Below, piece after piece: positions 19,437 through 29,080 of a DNA stretch of 64,000 nucleotides. The DNA lies in the IMG/VR virus record IMGVR_UViG_3300031867_000002, positions 128,001 through 192,000 of that record; one strand, 5' to 3'. The translations under genes were made by a program, and so were the position numbers. The notes under the pieces are model-generated. The model had not been told where the DNA came from. It ran no database searches and was given only the letters and a program-made list of their open reading frames with translations. Position 1 is the first letter of the stretch. Each line of letters begins with the position of its first letter. Origin of the DNA: a virus (lineage: Duplodnaviria; Caudoviricetes).

Positions 19437-21242
19437 TTAGAACTCTGGATTAACAAACTTAACACTTTTATCTGGATGAATAGTAAGTTCATATAAGCAA
19501 AGAATATTTTCTTTTGAAATACCTCTTGTTGTAAAACCATTCATACCAAGAACTTGAATTTTTGCATTAGCTTGTTTCTCACATTCCTGATTAGCCTCAA
19601 TTGTGTATACTGGTTTAACAATTGCTGTATCACCGTCATAGTCCATACCCATAGCTTCAATAAGACCATTACTAATAGAAAGTGTATCTTCGAATACTGG
19701 AGATGTATTAGAGTTAATGTCAGTATCCTCAATAACAGGATACCATTTATATAATTTCATATTGTCTTCAAAATCAGATTGAATAACCATAGGCGCAGTT
19801 TTAACAGTAGACTTTATTCTAACTTTTGTAGGATACTGATTAAGATAGGAGTCAATTGGGAAACGAGTAATAAGACACATCTTATCTGATGTAACATCAC
19901 ATGCTGCCATATAGAATAAATCACACCATGTAATACGTCTATTTACTTTAAGAGTTTCTGAATAATCTTGTTTAGTCTCTTTATATTCTTCTGAATTATT
20001 AAGTTTATATCCAGTAAATCCCATCCAAAAATTTAAATTTTTCAAATCTTTAATTTCTTTACCAGAAATAGCTCCAACTATTTGATGATTCTTAGCACGT
20101 CTAGCAAACTCTTCTTTATCTACTGGAATTTCAATAGGAATAAAACGGTTGCTATAACCATGAATAAAACGTTCAATCTGTTTATCTATTTCTACATCAG
20201 AGAATGCAATCTGATAATCTACTAATGGCACCATGATAGATTCTTTTTCATTTATCATAATAGGATACTCTAGTTTACCAGCAAATCTATTCTCAAAGAA
20301 ACGTCTTAACCAGAATGATACAAATGGTTTAAAGCAACATAGTGCTGCAGCTAGTGGTAATGCACAGTGGTCCATGTCAATCATTAAATCATCTATATCT
20401 TCTCCACTTACATCGGGAGCAGACATTACCAAACGTGCACTATAATCTACTGTTTTATACATAGTACCACGTTTAATAAGACCCATTTTACCAGGTAAGT
20501 TAGCAGGTGTTTCTTTACCATTTATAGTAGTACCATTACCAAACCAATCAAAAATTTGTACTAAAATATTTTGTACTCTTGCTTTAGTAACGTCACTTAA
20601 TGTAAGTCCATATCCAGATGTTTCTTTAAGTGCTTTTGTAGCCATTATCAAACTACTATAGAGTTTGTTTATTTCTCCTACTCCAATACCAGCATCTCTA
20701 GTATCTACGTCTCTATAGTATGCTGGTATTACTACCCACTTATCTACCCACATCTTATTTTTTACTTTCTCAATAAAGTCAATTCTCTTATTTCTAGATG
20801 CAGAATCATTCTTCTTAAACTTAATCTTAGAGAAGTTTTTCTTTAACCAATCTATCCCAGTATCGCCATCATCACTTGGAACTAAATCACCTTTATCATC
20901 AATAATAAAATAATCTGTACCATTTACAATATCTGCAATCTTACCATTGAGTTTTAATAGTGTCTTATATACTAGTGGTTGTATAAATTGAGAACCTAAA
21001 TCTATATATGCATATATACCAGCACGTTCATTTTTTGTAATGCCAAATATTTCATTGCTTAATAATCCATCTTCTGTTGGTGTAGGACCATTAAAAAATA
21101 CTGGATTACTTACCTCTTTTAACAAGTTATTCTTAATAAACTTATCTATGTCTAATAACTCTGTTTTAAAGTGTTCAGTTGCAGCTTCAGTAAAATAATC
21201 AGTTTCATCCTTAGCAATATTAACAGCTTCATCTATAAGCAT
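19437..21242 (-). CDS. phage multisubunit RNA polymerase beta' N-terminal/catalytic subunit (probably virion RNAP)
   Basis: GLLSNEIFG, VIPAYYRD, KTVDYSARLV, TRFP, catalytic GMDYDGD. Start MLIDEA after AAGGAGG, late-type promoter. Confidence 0.9.
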   Translation of the reverse strand: MLIDEAVNIAKDETDYFTEAATEHFKTELLDIDKFIKNNLLKEVSNPVFFNGPTPTEDGLLSNEIFGITKNERAGIYAYIDLGSQFIQPLVYKTLLKLNGKIADIVNGTDYFIIDDKGDLVPSDDGDTGIDWLKKNFSKIKFKKNDSASRNKRIDFIEKVKNKMWVDKWVVIPAYYRDVDTRDAGIGVGEINKLYSSLIMATKALKETSGYGLTLSDVTKARVQNILVQIFDWFGNGTTINGKETPANLPGKMGLIKRGTMYKTVDYSARLVMSAPDVSGEDIDDLMIDMDHCALPLAAALCCFKPFVSFWLRRFFENRFAGKLEYPIMINEKESIMVPLVDYQIAFSDVEIDKQIERFIHGYSNRFIPIEIPVDKEEFARRAKNHQIVGAISGKEIKDLKNLNFWMGFTGYKLNNSEEYKETKQDYSETLKVNRRITWCDLFYMAACDVTSDKMCLITRFPIDSYLNQYPTKVRIKSTVKTAPMVIQSDFEDNMKLYKWYPVIEDTDINSNTSPVFEDTLSISNGLIEAMGMDYDGDTAIVKPVYTIEANQECEKQANAKIQVLGMNGFTTRGISKENILCLYELTIHPDKSVKFVNPEF

Positions 21243-21343
21243 TGTAATATACCTCCTTATTATCATATAATTATTATAAAGTTCCACCTATCCATTCTAA
21301 CAAAACATACATATAAAATTGATTATAAAGGAGGATATTCTAT

Positions 21344-21904
21344 ATGAAGAAGCCTGTTTATTACTATCAGAATGTACAGCATTTTGATGATTATAATTGT
21401 TGTCCTAGACCTTGTCCACCGCCTCATCCATGCCCTCCTCCTCACCATCATTGTCATCCACATTATCATGGCAAAGTTGGTATTGTAGGAAGAACAGTAT
21501 TATCTGTTCGCTATGTGGATTGTCATGGTCACGTACAGACATTTGATATTCATGAGAATGAAACTTATGAGATTAAAGCAGTTAGTCAGACTCGTGGAGT
21601 TTGTACTTTTGCTGCAAGAATCATTGATTTTGAATGCTCTAAGGGTATTGAAAAGCTCATTGATAAACCTCATATGATTGATGTAACTGCAATTATTGTA
21701 GATTACTCTGATGCATATGAAAGCAAGCTTCTTAGAATTGGTATTGAGAATATCATTTCTATTAAGCCAGTAAAGTGCTTTGATGGTATGATTCCTGATT
21801 TTGTACCTCAGTGTCCAGAACCAGTATCTCCACCTCATCATTGTGAATGTAGCCCATCTGGTTATGAAGAATATGTTATTAATGACCCGTTTGAGATGGG
21901 TTAA
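21344..21904 (+). CDS. Pro/Cys/His-rich late protein
   Basis: CCPRPCPPPHPCPPPHHHCHPH, AACA-N6-TA at 21304. Confidence 0.7.
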   Translation: MKKPVYYYQNVQHFDDYNCCPRPCPPPHPCPPPHHHCHPHYHGKVGIVGRTVLSVRYVDCHGHVQTFDIHENETYEIKAVSQTRGVCTFAARIIDFECSKGIEKLIDKPHMIDVTAIIVDYSDAYESKLLRIGIENIISIKPVKCFDGMIPDFVPQCPEPVSPPHHCECSPSGYEEYVINDPFEMG

Positions 21905-21939
21905 TCGTTCTCCAAATCTAAGAAAGGAGATGAATTGTA

Positions 21940-24813
21940 TTGAAGAGATATTCTAATCTCGATATGACAGGTAATCAGATTACTAGAGTCGTAATTGAAC
22001 TTGTATCTACATTACCTGTTACTGACCTTAATATTGGTAGAATTGTATATCTTACTACAGATGATAAATTCTACGGTTATACATCTAATGGTTGGAAAGA
22101 AGTAACTCCAGATATGTTTCCTGGATATGCATATCTTGACCCTGCAGACGATAATACTAAACAGATTACTAAGTGGTCTGAACCTGGTACTACACCAGAT
22201 GCAGAAGATGACGGAGCTAAAGCTGTAGATGAGCATTCTCATAAAGATGATTATGTAACTGCAGCACAAGTTGCTACTACACTTATAAATCTTCGTAGAT
22301 TTGATGACCCAAGTATTGATAATACTAAGAATCATTACGGTTATCCAGTATACGATGTTAATGGTCAGCTTACTTCTATTGATACTACAAAAATTGTTGC
22401 AGATTATCAGTGGAGTGATTTACTGAAAAACAGAATGATGATTCCTAGAATTGCAGCAAATGGTAGTGTCGTAGAAAGTCCATTCTTTGTAGATGGTGGA
22501 TGGTATAAACTTACTACTAGAGACCAGTGGGAAACTATGATTCCTACATCTGGATGTGTAATTGAGAATATTAAACACATGGCAGAATATATTCTCGGAG
22601 TAGCATATGCTAATTTAGGTAATGGTATCTTTGCTACTAATTCAAGCGGTGAAACTATTTGGATTAGTACAACTGCTGGTAGTGCAGAAGAAAAGCTTCT
22701 TAGTGTTACAAGTAATGGTGTACAAGTACAACTTAATGTAACAACTACTGTAGATAGTAATAGCACTGATACTCAAATTCCTACTGCAAAAGCTGTATAT
22801 GATGCATTATCTTCTAGTAGTGGCTTAGATGATGCAAAAATAAATGTAATAGACGATGAAATAACACTGCACACTTTTGATACATTATCTGATGCTAAAG
22901 ACTATATTGATTCTAATAATAAACCAAAAAGTGTTATTATAGGCTCTAATGCTGGTGTAACTAGTATTGGTGATGGTACATTTGAAATGTGTGAATCTCT
23001 TACATCTATTACTATACCTGATAGTGTAACTAGTATTGGTGATAATGCATTTAGAAATTGTACATCACTTACATCTATTACTATACCTGATAGTGTAACT
23101 AGTATTGGTAATAATACATTTGATGGTTGTACATCTCTTACATCTATTACTATACCCGATAATGTAACTAGTATTTGTAATAATACATTTAGAAATTGTA
23201 CATCACTTACATCTATTACTATACCCGATAGTGTAACTAGTATTGATAGCAGTGCATTTGATGGTTGTACATCTCTTATATCTATTACTATACCCGATAA
23301 TGTAACTAGTATTGGTAATAGTGTATTTAGTGGTTGTACATCTCTTACATCTATTAATATACCTAGTAGTGTAACTAGTATTGGTAATGATGCATTTAGC
23401 GGTTGTGATATACTTTTACTCGATAACTATAAGTCTAGAACAGGTTATCCTTGGGGTGCTACTGATATATTAATTCATAACGAAAACGTTACTACTACTA
23501 TTAACGAGAATAGTACAGATAGACAAGTGCCTACAGCTAATAGTGTATATAATTTTATTATAGAAAACATGTTTTCTATAAAATTTGATATGGAATATCT
23601 AAAAGAATATATAGAAAGAACAATTACATCTATTAATATATCTGATAGTGTAACTAGTATTGGTGATGGTGCATTTAGGTATTGTAAATCTCTTACATCT
23701 ATTAATATACCTGATAGTGTAACTAGTATTGGTAGAGATGCATTTCGTAATTGTACATCACTTACATCTATTACTATACCTGATAGCGTAACTATTATTG
23801 GTAGCGGTACATTTTATGGTTGTAAATCTCTTACATCTATTACTATACCTAGTAGTGTAACTAGTATTAGTAGCAGTGCATTTTCTAATTGTAAATCTCT
23901 TACATCTATTACTATACCTAGTAGTGTAACTAGTATTAGTAGCAGTGCATTTTCTAATTGTACATCTCTTACATCTATTACTATACCTGATAGCGTAACT
24001 AGTATTGGTAGAGGTGCATTTGATGGTTGTGAATCTCTTACATCTATTACTATACCTAGTAGTGTAACTAGTATTGATGATAGTGCATTTAGGTATTGCG
24101 AATCTCTTACATCTATTACTATACCTAGTAGTGTAACTAGTATTAGTAGCAGTGCATTTGAAAATTGTAAATCTCTTACATCTATTACTATACCTGATAG
24201 CGTAACTAAAATTGGTGATGCTGCATTTAGGTATTGTACATCACTTACATCTATTACTATACCTGATAGCGTAACTAAAATTGGTAGCGGTGCATTTGAA
24301 AATTGTACATCACTTACATCTATTAATATACCTGATAGTGTAATTAGAATTGGTAGCAGTGCATTTAGCGGTTGTAAATCTCTTACATCTATTACTATAC
24401 CTGATAGTGTAACTAGTATTGGTTATGATGCATTTAGGTATTGTACATCACTTACATCTATTACTATACCTGATAGTGTAACTATTATTGGTGATGATGC
24501 ATTTGCTAGTTGTACATCTCTTACATCTATTAGTATACCTAGTAGTGTAACTAGTATTGGTAGCGGTACATTTGCTAGTTGTACATCTCTTACATCTATT
24601 AATATACCTAGTAGTGTAACTAGTATTGGTAATGATGCATTTGCTAGTTGTACATCTCTTACATCTATTACTATACCTAGTAGTGTAACTAGAATTGGTA
24701 GATATGCATTTGGTAGTAGGTCTATTACATCTATTACAATAAATAAACCAGAAGGAAGTATATCTGGTGCTCCTTGGGGAGCAACAAACGCTACAGTTCA
24801 ATGGACTGGATAA
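21940..24813 (+). CDS. fibre/receptor-binding protein with two BspA-type (TpLRR) arrays
   Basis: Fibre-like N-terminus, two STDxQxPTAxxVY motifs, about 6-7 plus about 16 repeats of LTSITIPxSVTSIGxxAFxxC. Confidence 0.85.
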   Translation: MKRYSNLDMTGNQITRVVIELVSTLPVTDLNIGRIVYLTTDDKFYGYTSNGWKEVTPDMFPGYAYLDPADDNTKQITKWSEPGTTPDAEDDGAKAVDEHSHKDDYVTAAQVATTLINLRRFDDPSIDNTKNHYGYPVYDVNGQLTSIDTTKIVADYQWSDLLKNRMMIPRIAANGSVVESPFFVDGGWYKLTTRDQWETMIPTSGCVIENIKHMAEYILGVAYANLGNGIFATNSSGETIWISTTAGSAEEKLLSVTSNGVQVQLNVTTTVDSNSTDTQIPTAKAVYDALSSSSGLDDAKINVIDDEITLHTFDTLSDAKDYIDSNNKPKSVIIGSNAGVTSIGDGTFEMCESLTSITIPDSVTSIGDNAFRNCTSLTSITIPDSVTSIGNNTFDGCTSLTSITIPDNVTSICNNTFRNCTSLTSITIPDSVTSIDSSAFDGCTSLISITIPDNVTSIGNSVFSGCTSLTSINIPSSVTSIGNDAFSGCDILLLDNYKSRTGYPWGATDILIHNENVTTTINENSTDRQVPTANSVYNFIIENMFSIKFDMEYLKEYIERTITSINISDSVTSIGDGAFRYCKSLTSINIPDSVTSIGRDAFRNCTSLTSITIPDSVTIIGSGTFYGCKSLTSITIPSSVTSISSSAFSNCKSLTSITIPSSVTSISSSAFSNCTSLTSITIPDSVTSIGRGAFDGCESLTSITIPSSVTSIDDSAFRYCESLTSITIPSSVTSISSSAFENCKSLTSITIPDSVTKIGDAAFRYCTSLTSITIPDSVTKIGSGAFENCTSLTSINIPDSVIRIGSSAFSGCKSLTSITIPDSVTSIGYDAFRYCTSLTSITIPDSVTIIGDDAFASCTSLTSISIPSSVTSIGSGTFASCTSLTSINIPSSVTSIGNDAFASCTSLTSITIPSSVTRIGRYAFGSRSITSITINKPEGSISGAPWGATNATVQWTG
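22957..23406 (+). repeat. 69-bp tandem LRR repeats, block 1 (about 6-7 units)
   Basis: Near-identical cttacatctattactatacctgatagtgtaactagtattggt units. Confidence 0.9.
23623..24740 (+). repeat. 69-bp tandem LRR repeats, block 2 (about 16 units)
   Basis: Same unit as block 1. Confidence 0.9.
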
Positions 24814-24828
24814 AGGAGATGTTAGAAT

Positions 24829-25152
24829 ATGTTATTAGAAAGTATTATTTCTAGAAATGTGTCATCTATTACTATACCTAATGGTGTAACTAGTATTGGC
24901 GATTATGCGTTTTTTTATTGTATGTCTCTTACATCTATTACTATACCTAGTAGTGTAACTAGTATTGGTAGCGGTGCATTTACTGGTTGTACATCTCTTG
25001 CATCTATTACTATACCTAGTAGTGTAACTAGTATCGGTGAAGGTGCATTTGCTAGTAATTCTATTACATCTATTACAATAAATAAACCAGAAGGAAGTAT
25101 ATCTGGCGCTCCTTGGGGAGCAACAAACGCTACAGTAACTTGGACTGGATAA
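24829..25152 (+). CDS. stand-alone mini LRR protein (3 repeats + cap)
   Basis: Own AAGGAG RBS. Last 93 bp nearly identical to 24721-24813. Confidence 0.8.
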   Translation: MLLESIISRNVSSITIPNGVTSIGDYAFFYCMSLTSITIPSSVTSIGSGAFTGCTSLASITIPSSVTSIGEGAFASNSITSITINKPEGSISGAPWGATNATVTWTG

Positions 25153-25168
25153 TAAAGGAGGATAATAT

Positions 25169-26503
25169 ATGAAAGTTTTGACTAATCTTGACCTTGTCAA
25201 AAATCAACTTCTGAATGGTGTTATTCAGAAAGTTGCTGCTGACCCTACAACTAAACTTGCTGCAGGTTGGATTATCTTTAACACAGAAGAAGCTAAACTG
25301 AAGTATTACAATGGTGAAGAGTGGGTTACTATTGGTTCTGGTGGTGGTAGTTCTGTAGATATTGCTACAGTAATCAACTCTACTTCTACTAATTCTAAAG
25401 CTGCTGGTGCTAAAGCAGTATATGATTTTGTAACAGAAAATCTTGCTGATATTCGTGCTGTAGCAAATGGCGATGTACTCATTGTTGATTCTACAACTGG
25501 TAATATTGTAGGCATTGATGTAGATACTGTTGTTACTGAAGACTCTGTAAATCTTATTACTTCTGGTGCTGTATTTACTGCACTTCAAGAGGCTGTATCT
25601 ACTGTAGATGCAATGAAGTTCAAGGGCACTCTTGCTGCTGATGGTACTATTACTTCTACAGATACAAGTATCAATAATAAGAAGCTTACAACACTTACTG
25701 ATATTAAGAATGGTTGGACATTCAAGGCTGCTGCTGCTATTGATGCAGATGTTCTTGATATTGATGATAAGCCTATTGAAGTAGGTGATATGGTAATCGC
25801 TTGTGGTAATATGGCTACGTATGATGCTACCAAGTTCTCTGTTATCCAGATGAATCTTGATGGTGTTGTAATTGGTCCTGCATCTTCTAACGATGATACT
25901 ATTGTAGTATTCAATGGTGTTACTGGTAAAGCAGTTAAGGCATCTACTGTTACTAAGACACAGCTTGAAGCACTGTTTACTAGTCTTATCTCTTTACAAG
26001 CTGCAGCAGATGCAACCGATGTAGTATTATCTTCTTCTAATGCAGGTGACCCAACTACAGTAAAGCCAGGTCAAACAATCCAGGCTACTCTTAAGTCTAC
26101 TGGCGTAACAGCAAATACTTATGGTGATAACTCTGGTATTGTAGGTTCTACTATTGATGATAAGGACAGTTTTACTATTCCTCAGTTTACTGTAGATGAA
26201 AAAGGTCGTATGACTGCTGCAGAAGATAAGGTTATTACACTTAACCTTGCTTCTAAAGGTAATATCTATCGTAAATCTAATCCTGCTCTTACTGCAGATG
26301 CAAACGATGATTGTTCTTGGGTAATCGATGATATTGCTCTCGAAGTAAATCAGTATCCATCGGTAAACCTGTATGAAGTAAATACTGGTGAGATGGTATT
26401 AGCAGATGTATCTGTTAACTTTACTAATGAAGAAATCACCATTAGCTTTAAGCAGACTGGTGATATTTCTTCTGGTAGATATGTAGCAGTAATTGTAGTA
26501 TAA
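25169..26503 (+). CDS. tail/head fibre protein
   Basis: N-terminus paralogous to the 21940 protein (NLDxxxNQ...GxIxY/F...W), AKAVYD, DAMKFKGT and TVDEKGR fibre motifs. Confidence 0.7.
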   Translation: MKVLTNLDLVKNQLLNGVIQKVAADPTTKLAAGWIIFNTEEAKLKYYNGEEWVTIGSGGGSSVDIATVINSTSTNSKAAGAKAVYDFVTENLADIRAVANGDVLIVDSTTGNIVGIDVDTVVTEDSVNLITSGAVFTALQEAVSTVDAMKFKGTLAADGTITSTDTSINNKKLTTLTDIKNGWTFKAAAAIDADVLDIDDKPIEVGDMVIACGNMATYDATKFSVIQMNLDGVVIGPASSNDDTIVVFNGVTGKAVKASTVTKTQLEALFTSLISLQAAADATDVVLSSSNAGDPTTVKPGQTIQATLKSTGVTANTYGDNSGIVGSTIDDKDSFTIPQFTVDEKGRMTAAEDKVITLNLASKGNIYRKSNPALTADANDDCSWVIDDIALEVNQYPSVNLYEVNTGEMVLADVSVNFTNEEITISFKQTGDISSGRYVAVIVV

Positions 26504-26521
26504 AAAGGAGAGTGAAGACAT

Positions 26522-27547
26522 ATGGCTAACGATTTCTATGATGAGTTTGAAAGTGTCTTCATTGATAACGATAAACCTGAATTGGTTCCTGGTTTGGACG
26601 AGGGTTGTTGTCATTGTCCACCACCAAAGCCTGCTCCAAATCCAAGAGAGTATTTCAGGAGGCCAGAAGTTATCAATAGACCTTACTCTGATAAACCTGC
26701 TCCTGGTCCATATAGACCAGATTATTATGTAGACAGTTATGGTGATGCACAACCTAATCCAGTACCAAATACTTATTTTGTTCCTGGACGTAAATGCCCA
26801 CCACCACCTAAGCCTTGTCCTCCCCCACCTCCACCACACGATAGATGTATTCATCCTATGCATTGGGAAGAGGACCATAGATATGTGACTAAGGGTGAAC
26901 TTAATCATATTCTTATGCATATCGCTGATGCAGATATCTTTAGAGATTTATCTGAAAATGGTACTACTGTATCTGTAGGTGGTATTAAGAAGGGTACTAA
27001 ATTCCGCAAGCTTACATTTGCTCAACTAATGTGCCTTATGTTATATCCTAAGGATGGAGTAGAAGAAGATGATTATGCTTGTGAAACTGCAGATGGTAAG
27101 ACTGTACTGAATTCTACTGTTAAATATCCTATTGGTGGATTCAAAGAAGGAGATTCTCTTAAAGGTATGACTATCTCTGAAATCTTTGAAACTCTGCTTT
27201 GTGGTAAGAATCCTTGGGGTACTTATATGTGGATTTCTGATGAGATTACTGTTAATGCAGCAGATACAACAATCGATGCAGAAGTGCTCATTCCTAAGCT
27301 TGTAGAAGATTACCATGAAAACCGTGTATTCGAATTGCACGTACTTGGTACATCTGAAGCAACTGAATCTAATTACAAGTATGACGAAATCATTGCTAAG
27401 AAGGATAGCACACAAAAAACAAATGTCACTACAGAAGGTGTTCCTAGTGATATTAAATGGAGCTACAATCCAGAAAGCAAGAAGATTACTCTTCATACAG
27501 ATACAGAAATCACAAGTGTTATTAAGGTAGTAATGGTAAGACGATAA
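26522..27547 (+). CDS. Pro/Cys-rich late protein with internal GGxKxG repeat
   Basis: CCHCPPP, CPPPPKPCPPPPPP, VGGIKKG / IGGFKEG duplicated unit. Confidence 0.7.
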   Translation: MANDFYDEFESVFIDNDKPELVPGLDEGCCHCPPPKPAPNPREYFRRPEVINRPYSDKPAPGPYRPDYYVDSYGDAQPNPVPNTYFVPGRKCPPPPKPCPPPPPPHDRCIHPMHWEEDHRYVTKGELNHILMHIADADIFRDLSENGTTVSVGGIKKGTKFRKLTFAQLMCLMLYPKDGVEEDDYACETADGKTVLNSTVKYPIGGFKEGDSLKGMTISEIFETLLCGKNPWGTYMWISDEITVNAADTTIDAEVLIPKLVEDYHENRVFELHVLGTSEATESNYKYDEIIAKKDSTQKTNVTTEGVPSDIKWSYNPESKKITLHTDTEITSVIKVVMVRR

Positions 27548-27596
27548 AAAAGAAGGCGGGATGTAGAGTCCCGCCTTCCTTCTTGATGCTGAAAGG

Positions 27597-27782
27597 TTAA
27601 TCCTCCTCTCCATACCTTTCAGCATCAGTCATGAGCATGAGGTCAATTTGCTCTTGTTCATAATCTTCTCTTTCTTTCCAATACTTAATCCACTTGTCCT
27701 TTGACCATGGGATTTCGTTATTGCCGAGGGCATCCTTCACGAAATCTTCATATGTCTCACCATAAATGTTAACGTATTCCAT
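27597..27782 (-). CDS. small hypothetical early protein
   Basis: MEYVNIYG after AAAGGAGGTG. Confidence 0.65.
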   Translation of the reverse strand: MEYVNIYGETYEDFVKDALGNNEIPWSKDKWIKYWKEREDYEQEQIDLMLMTDAERYGEED

Positions 27783-27783
27783 A

Positions 27784-28092
27784 TTATTCACCTCCTTTCA
27801 AAGCGGAAATTTTCATTATCCACTTATTTCCTTTCTTATTATATATATTTACATATACAACACCATTCTTCTCTAAATTTTCTCTCCCCTTTATTTCATT
27901 TTTATTTTCTCCGAAGAAAATAAGAATTGGTAAATTTGGATTTTCCGTGTAACCCATTACACAAAATCCCAATTCTTCCTTCTCCCCCCTTTCTAATGAT
28001 TCTTTAAACATAGCAGAATTAAACCTGCCAAGTTTAATAATTTTTTCATTGTTGTTCCCTGTTTTGATTTGATAAATTCTGCCATCTAACAT
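27784..28092 (-). CDS. hypothetical early protein
   Basis: GGAGG RBS, preceded by the repeated structured leader. Confidence 0.65.
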   Translation of the reverse strand: MLDGRIYQIKTGNNNEKIIKLGRFNSAMFKESLERGEKEELGFCVMGYTENPNLPILIFFGENKNEIKGRENLEKNGVVYVNIYNKKGNKWIMKISALKGGE

Positions 28093-28098
28093 GATATT

Positions 28099-28145
28099 CC
28101 TCCGAGAGGTCGTAGAGTCTTTATAACCGTTTTACAGTAACCTCT
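28099..28145 (-). promoter_or_regulatory. conserved structured leader, copy 1
   Basis: AGAGGUU-ACUGU(AAA)ACGGU-UAUAAAG...ACGACCUCU-CGGAGG. Second copy at 59232-59274. Confidence 0.75.
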
Positions 28146-28249
28146 TACACATTAATAATATATAAAAAAGAATGATAAGTTTAACAACCAACAATTTTTA
28201 TACCTTTAACATCCAAGTAATAAATTGATATAGATAGGAGGCGATATAC

Positions 28250-28972
28250 ATGGATACACCTAGCTTCATTAAAGTTAAAGGTGACTCTTATGTATTTGCT
28301 AATGATGGTTGCTTTAAATTCTATGTTCCTGAGAAGTTCTTTTCTAATAAACTTGCAGAGTTTATTGGTGAATGTATTGCTCTATTTGGAGTAATACCTT
28401 ATGCTCTCTTTGATAAGAATGATAAACCCATCGGAAAGCTGAGAAACTTTAAATTCCCTAATACATTTCTCACTAAACCAGATGAGATTGAAATTGCTAA
28501 GGGAATTGTATTAACTAAGAATAACAAACCTGAAGATTATCGTATTCTGAAATATTATAAAGAAGGAGTTATTGTTGTAAACTATAATATCTCTCAAGAT
28601 GCAGAGAATATTCAACATTGGTATTCTGCTCTTGATACTGGTGCTTTACCTAATAATATTCATTACGATGAACTTCAGAACTACTTCTTAAGAAATGCTC
28701 AAATTACTGGTAACGGATATGGCGTTTCATTACAACTTATCGGAGTTGTAATCGGAGAATTATGTCGCTGTAGTAAAGATATTGATACTCCATATAGACT
28801 AGGAAAAGACGAAGACCCAAACGCATATCAATGGATTGCTATCAAAGATGTACCTAGAGGAACATCGCCGTTTACAGCTATTCAAGCTGAACAATGGGAT
28901 TTAGCTGTTATTTCATCAATTACTAATGATAATAATAAAGACTCTCCTCTTGAGAAGATTATGATGGATTGA
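28250..28972 (+). CDS. RNA polymerase beta' extreme C-terminal fragment (probably virion RNAP)
   Basis: C-terminal ~85 aa align by eye to the end of the 53828 subunit (ELCR/NQIR, SPFTAIQAE/SITIAMQSE, SPLE/SPYD). Late promoter at 28208. Confidence 0.6.
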   Translation: MDTPSFIKVKGDSYVFANDGCFKFYVPEKFFSNKLAEFIGECIALFGVIPYALFDKNDKPIGKLRNFKFPNTFLTKPDEIEIAKGIVLTKNNKPEDYRILKYYKEGVIVVNYNISQDAENIQHWYSALDTGALPNNIHYDELQNYFLRNAQITGNGYGVSLQLIGVVIGELCRCSKDIDTPYRLGKDEDPNAYQWIAIKDVPRGTSPFTAIQAEQWDLAVISSITNDNNKDSPLEKIMMD

Positions 28973-29080
28973 GAGTCGCAGATTTTTAACATAAAGATAA
29001 ATGGTCTAGTAGCCTCACATACTACTGGCTTTACACACACATTAATATATATAAAATTTTTTGATAAAGGAGGATAAAAC

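Noticed and set aside
22957-24740. CRISPR array
   Set aside because: The 69-bp units are in-frame coding repeats with no unique spacers. The same applies to the 72-bp repeat at 44598.
22957-25152. Diversity-generating retroelement (TR/VR) in the LRR cluster
   Set aside because: No reverse transcriptase in the window, and differences between duplicated segments are not adenine-specific (e.g. ggt/ggc, gttcaa/gtaact).
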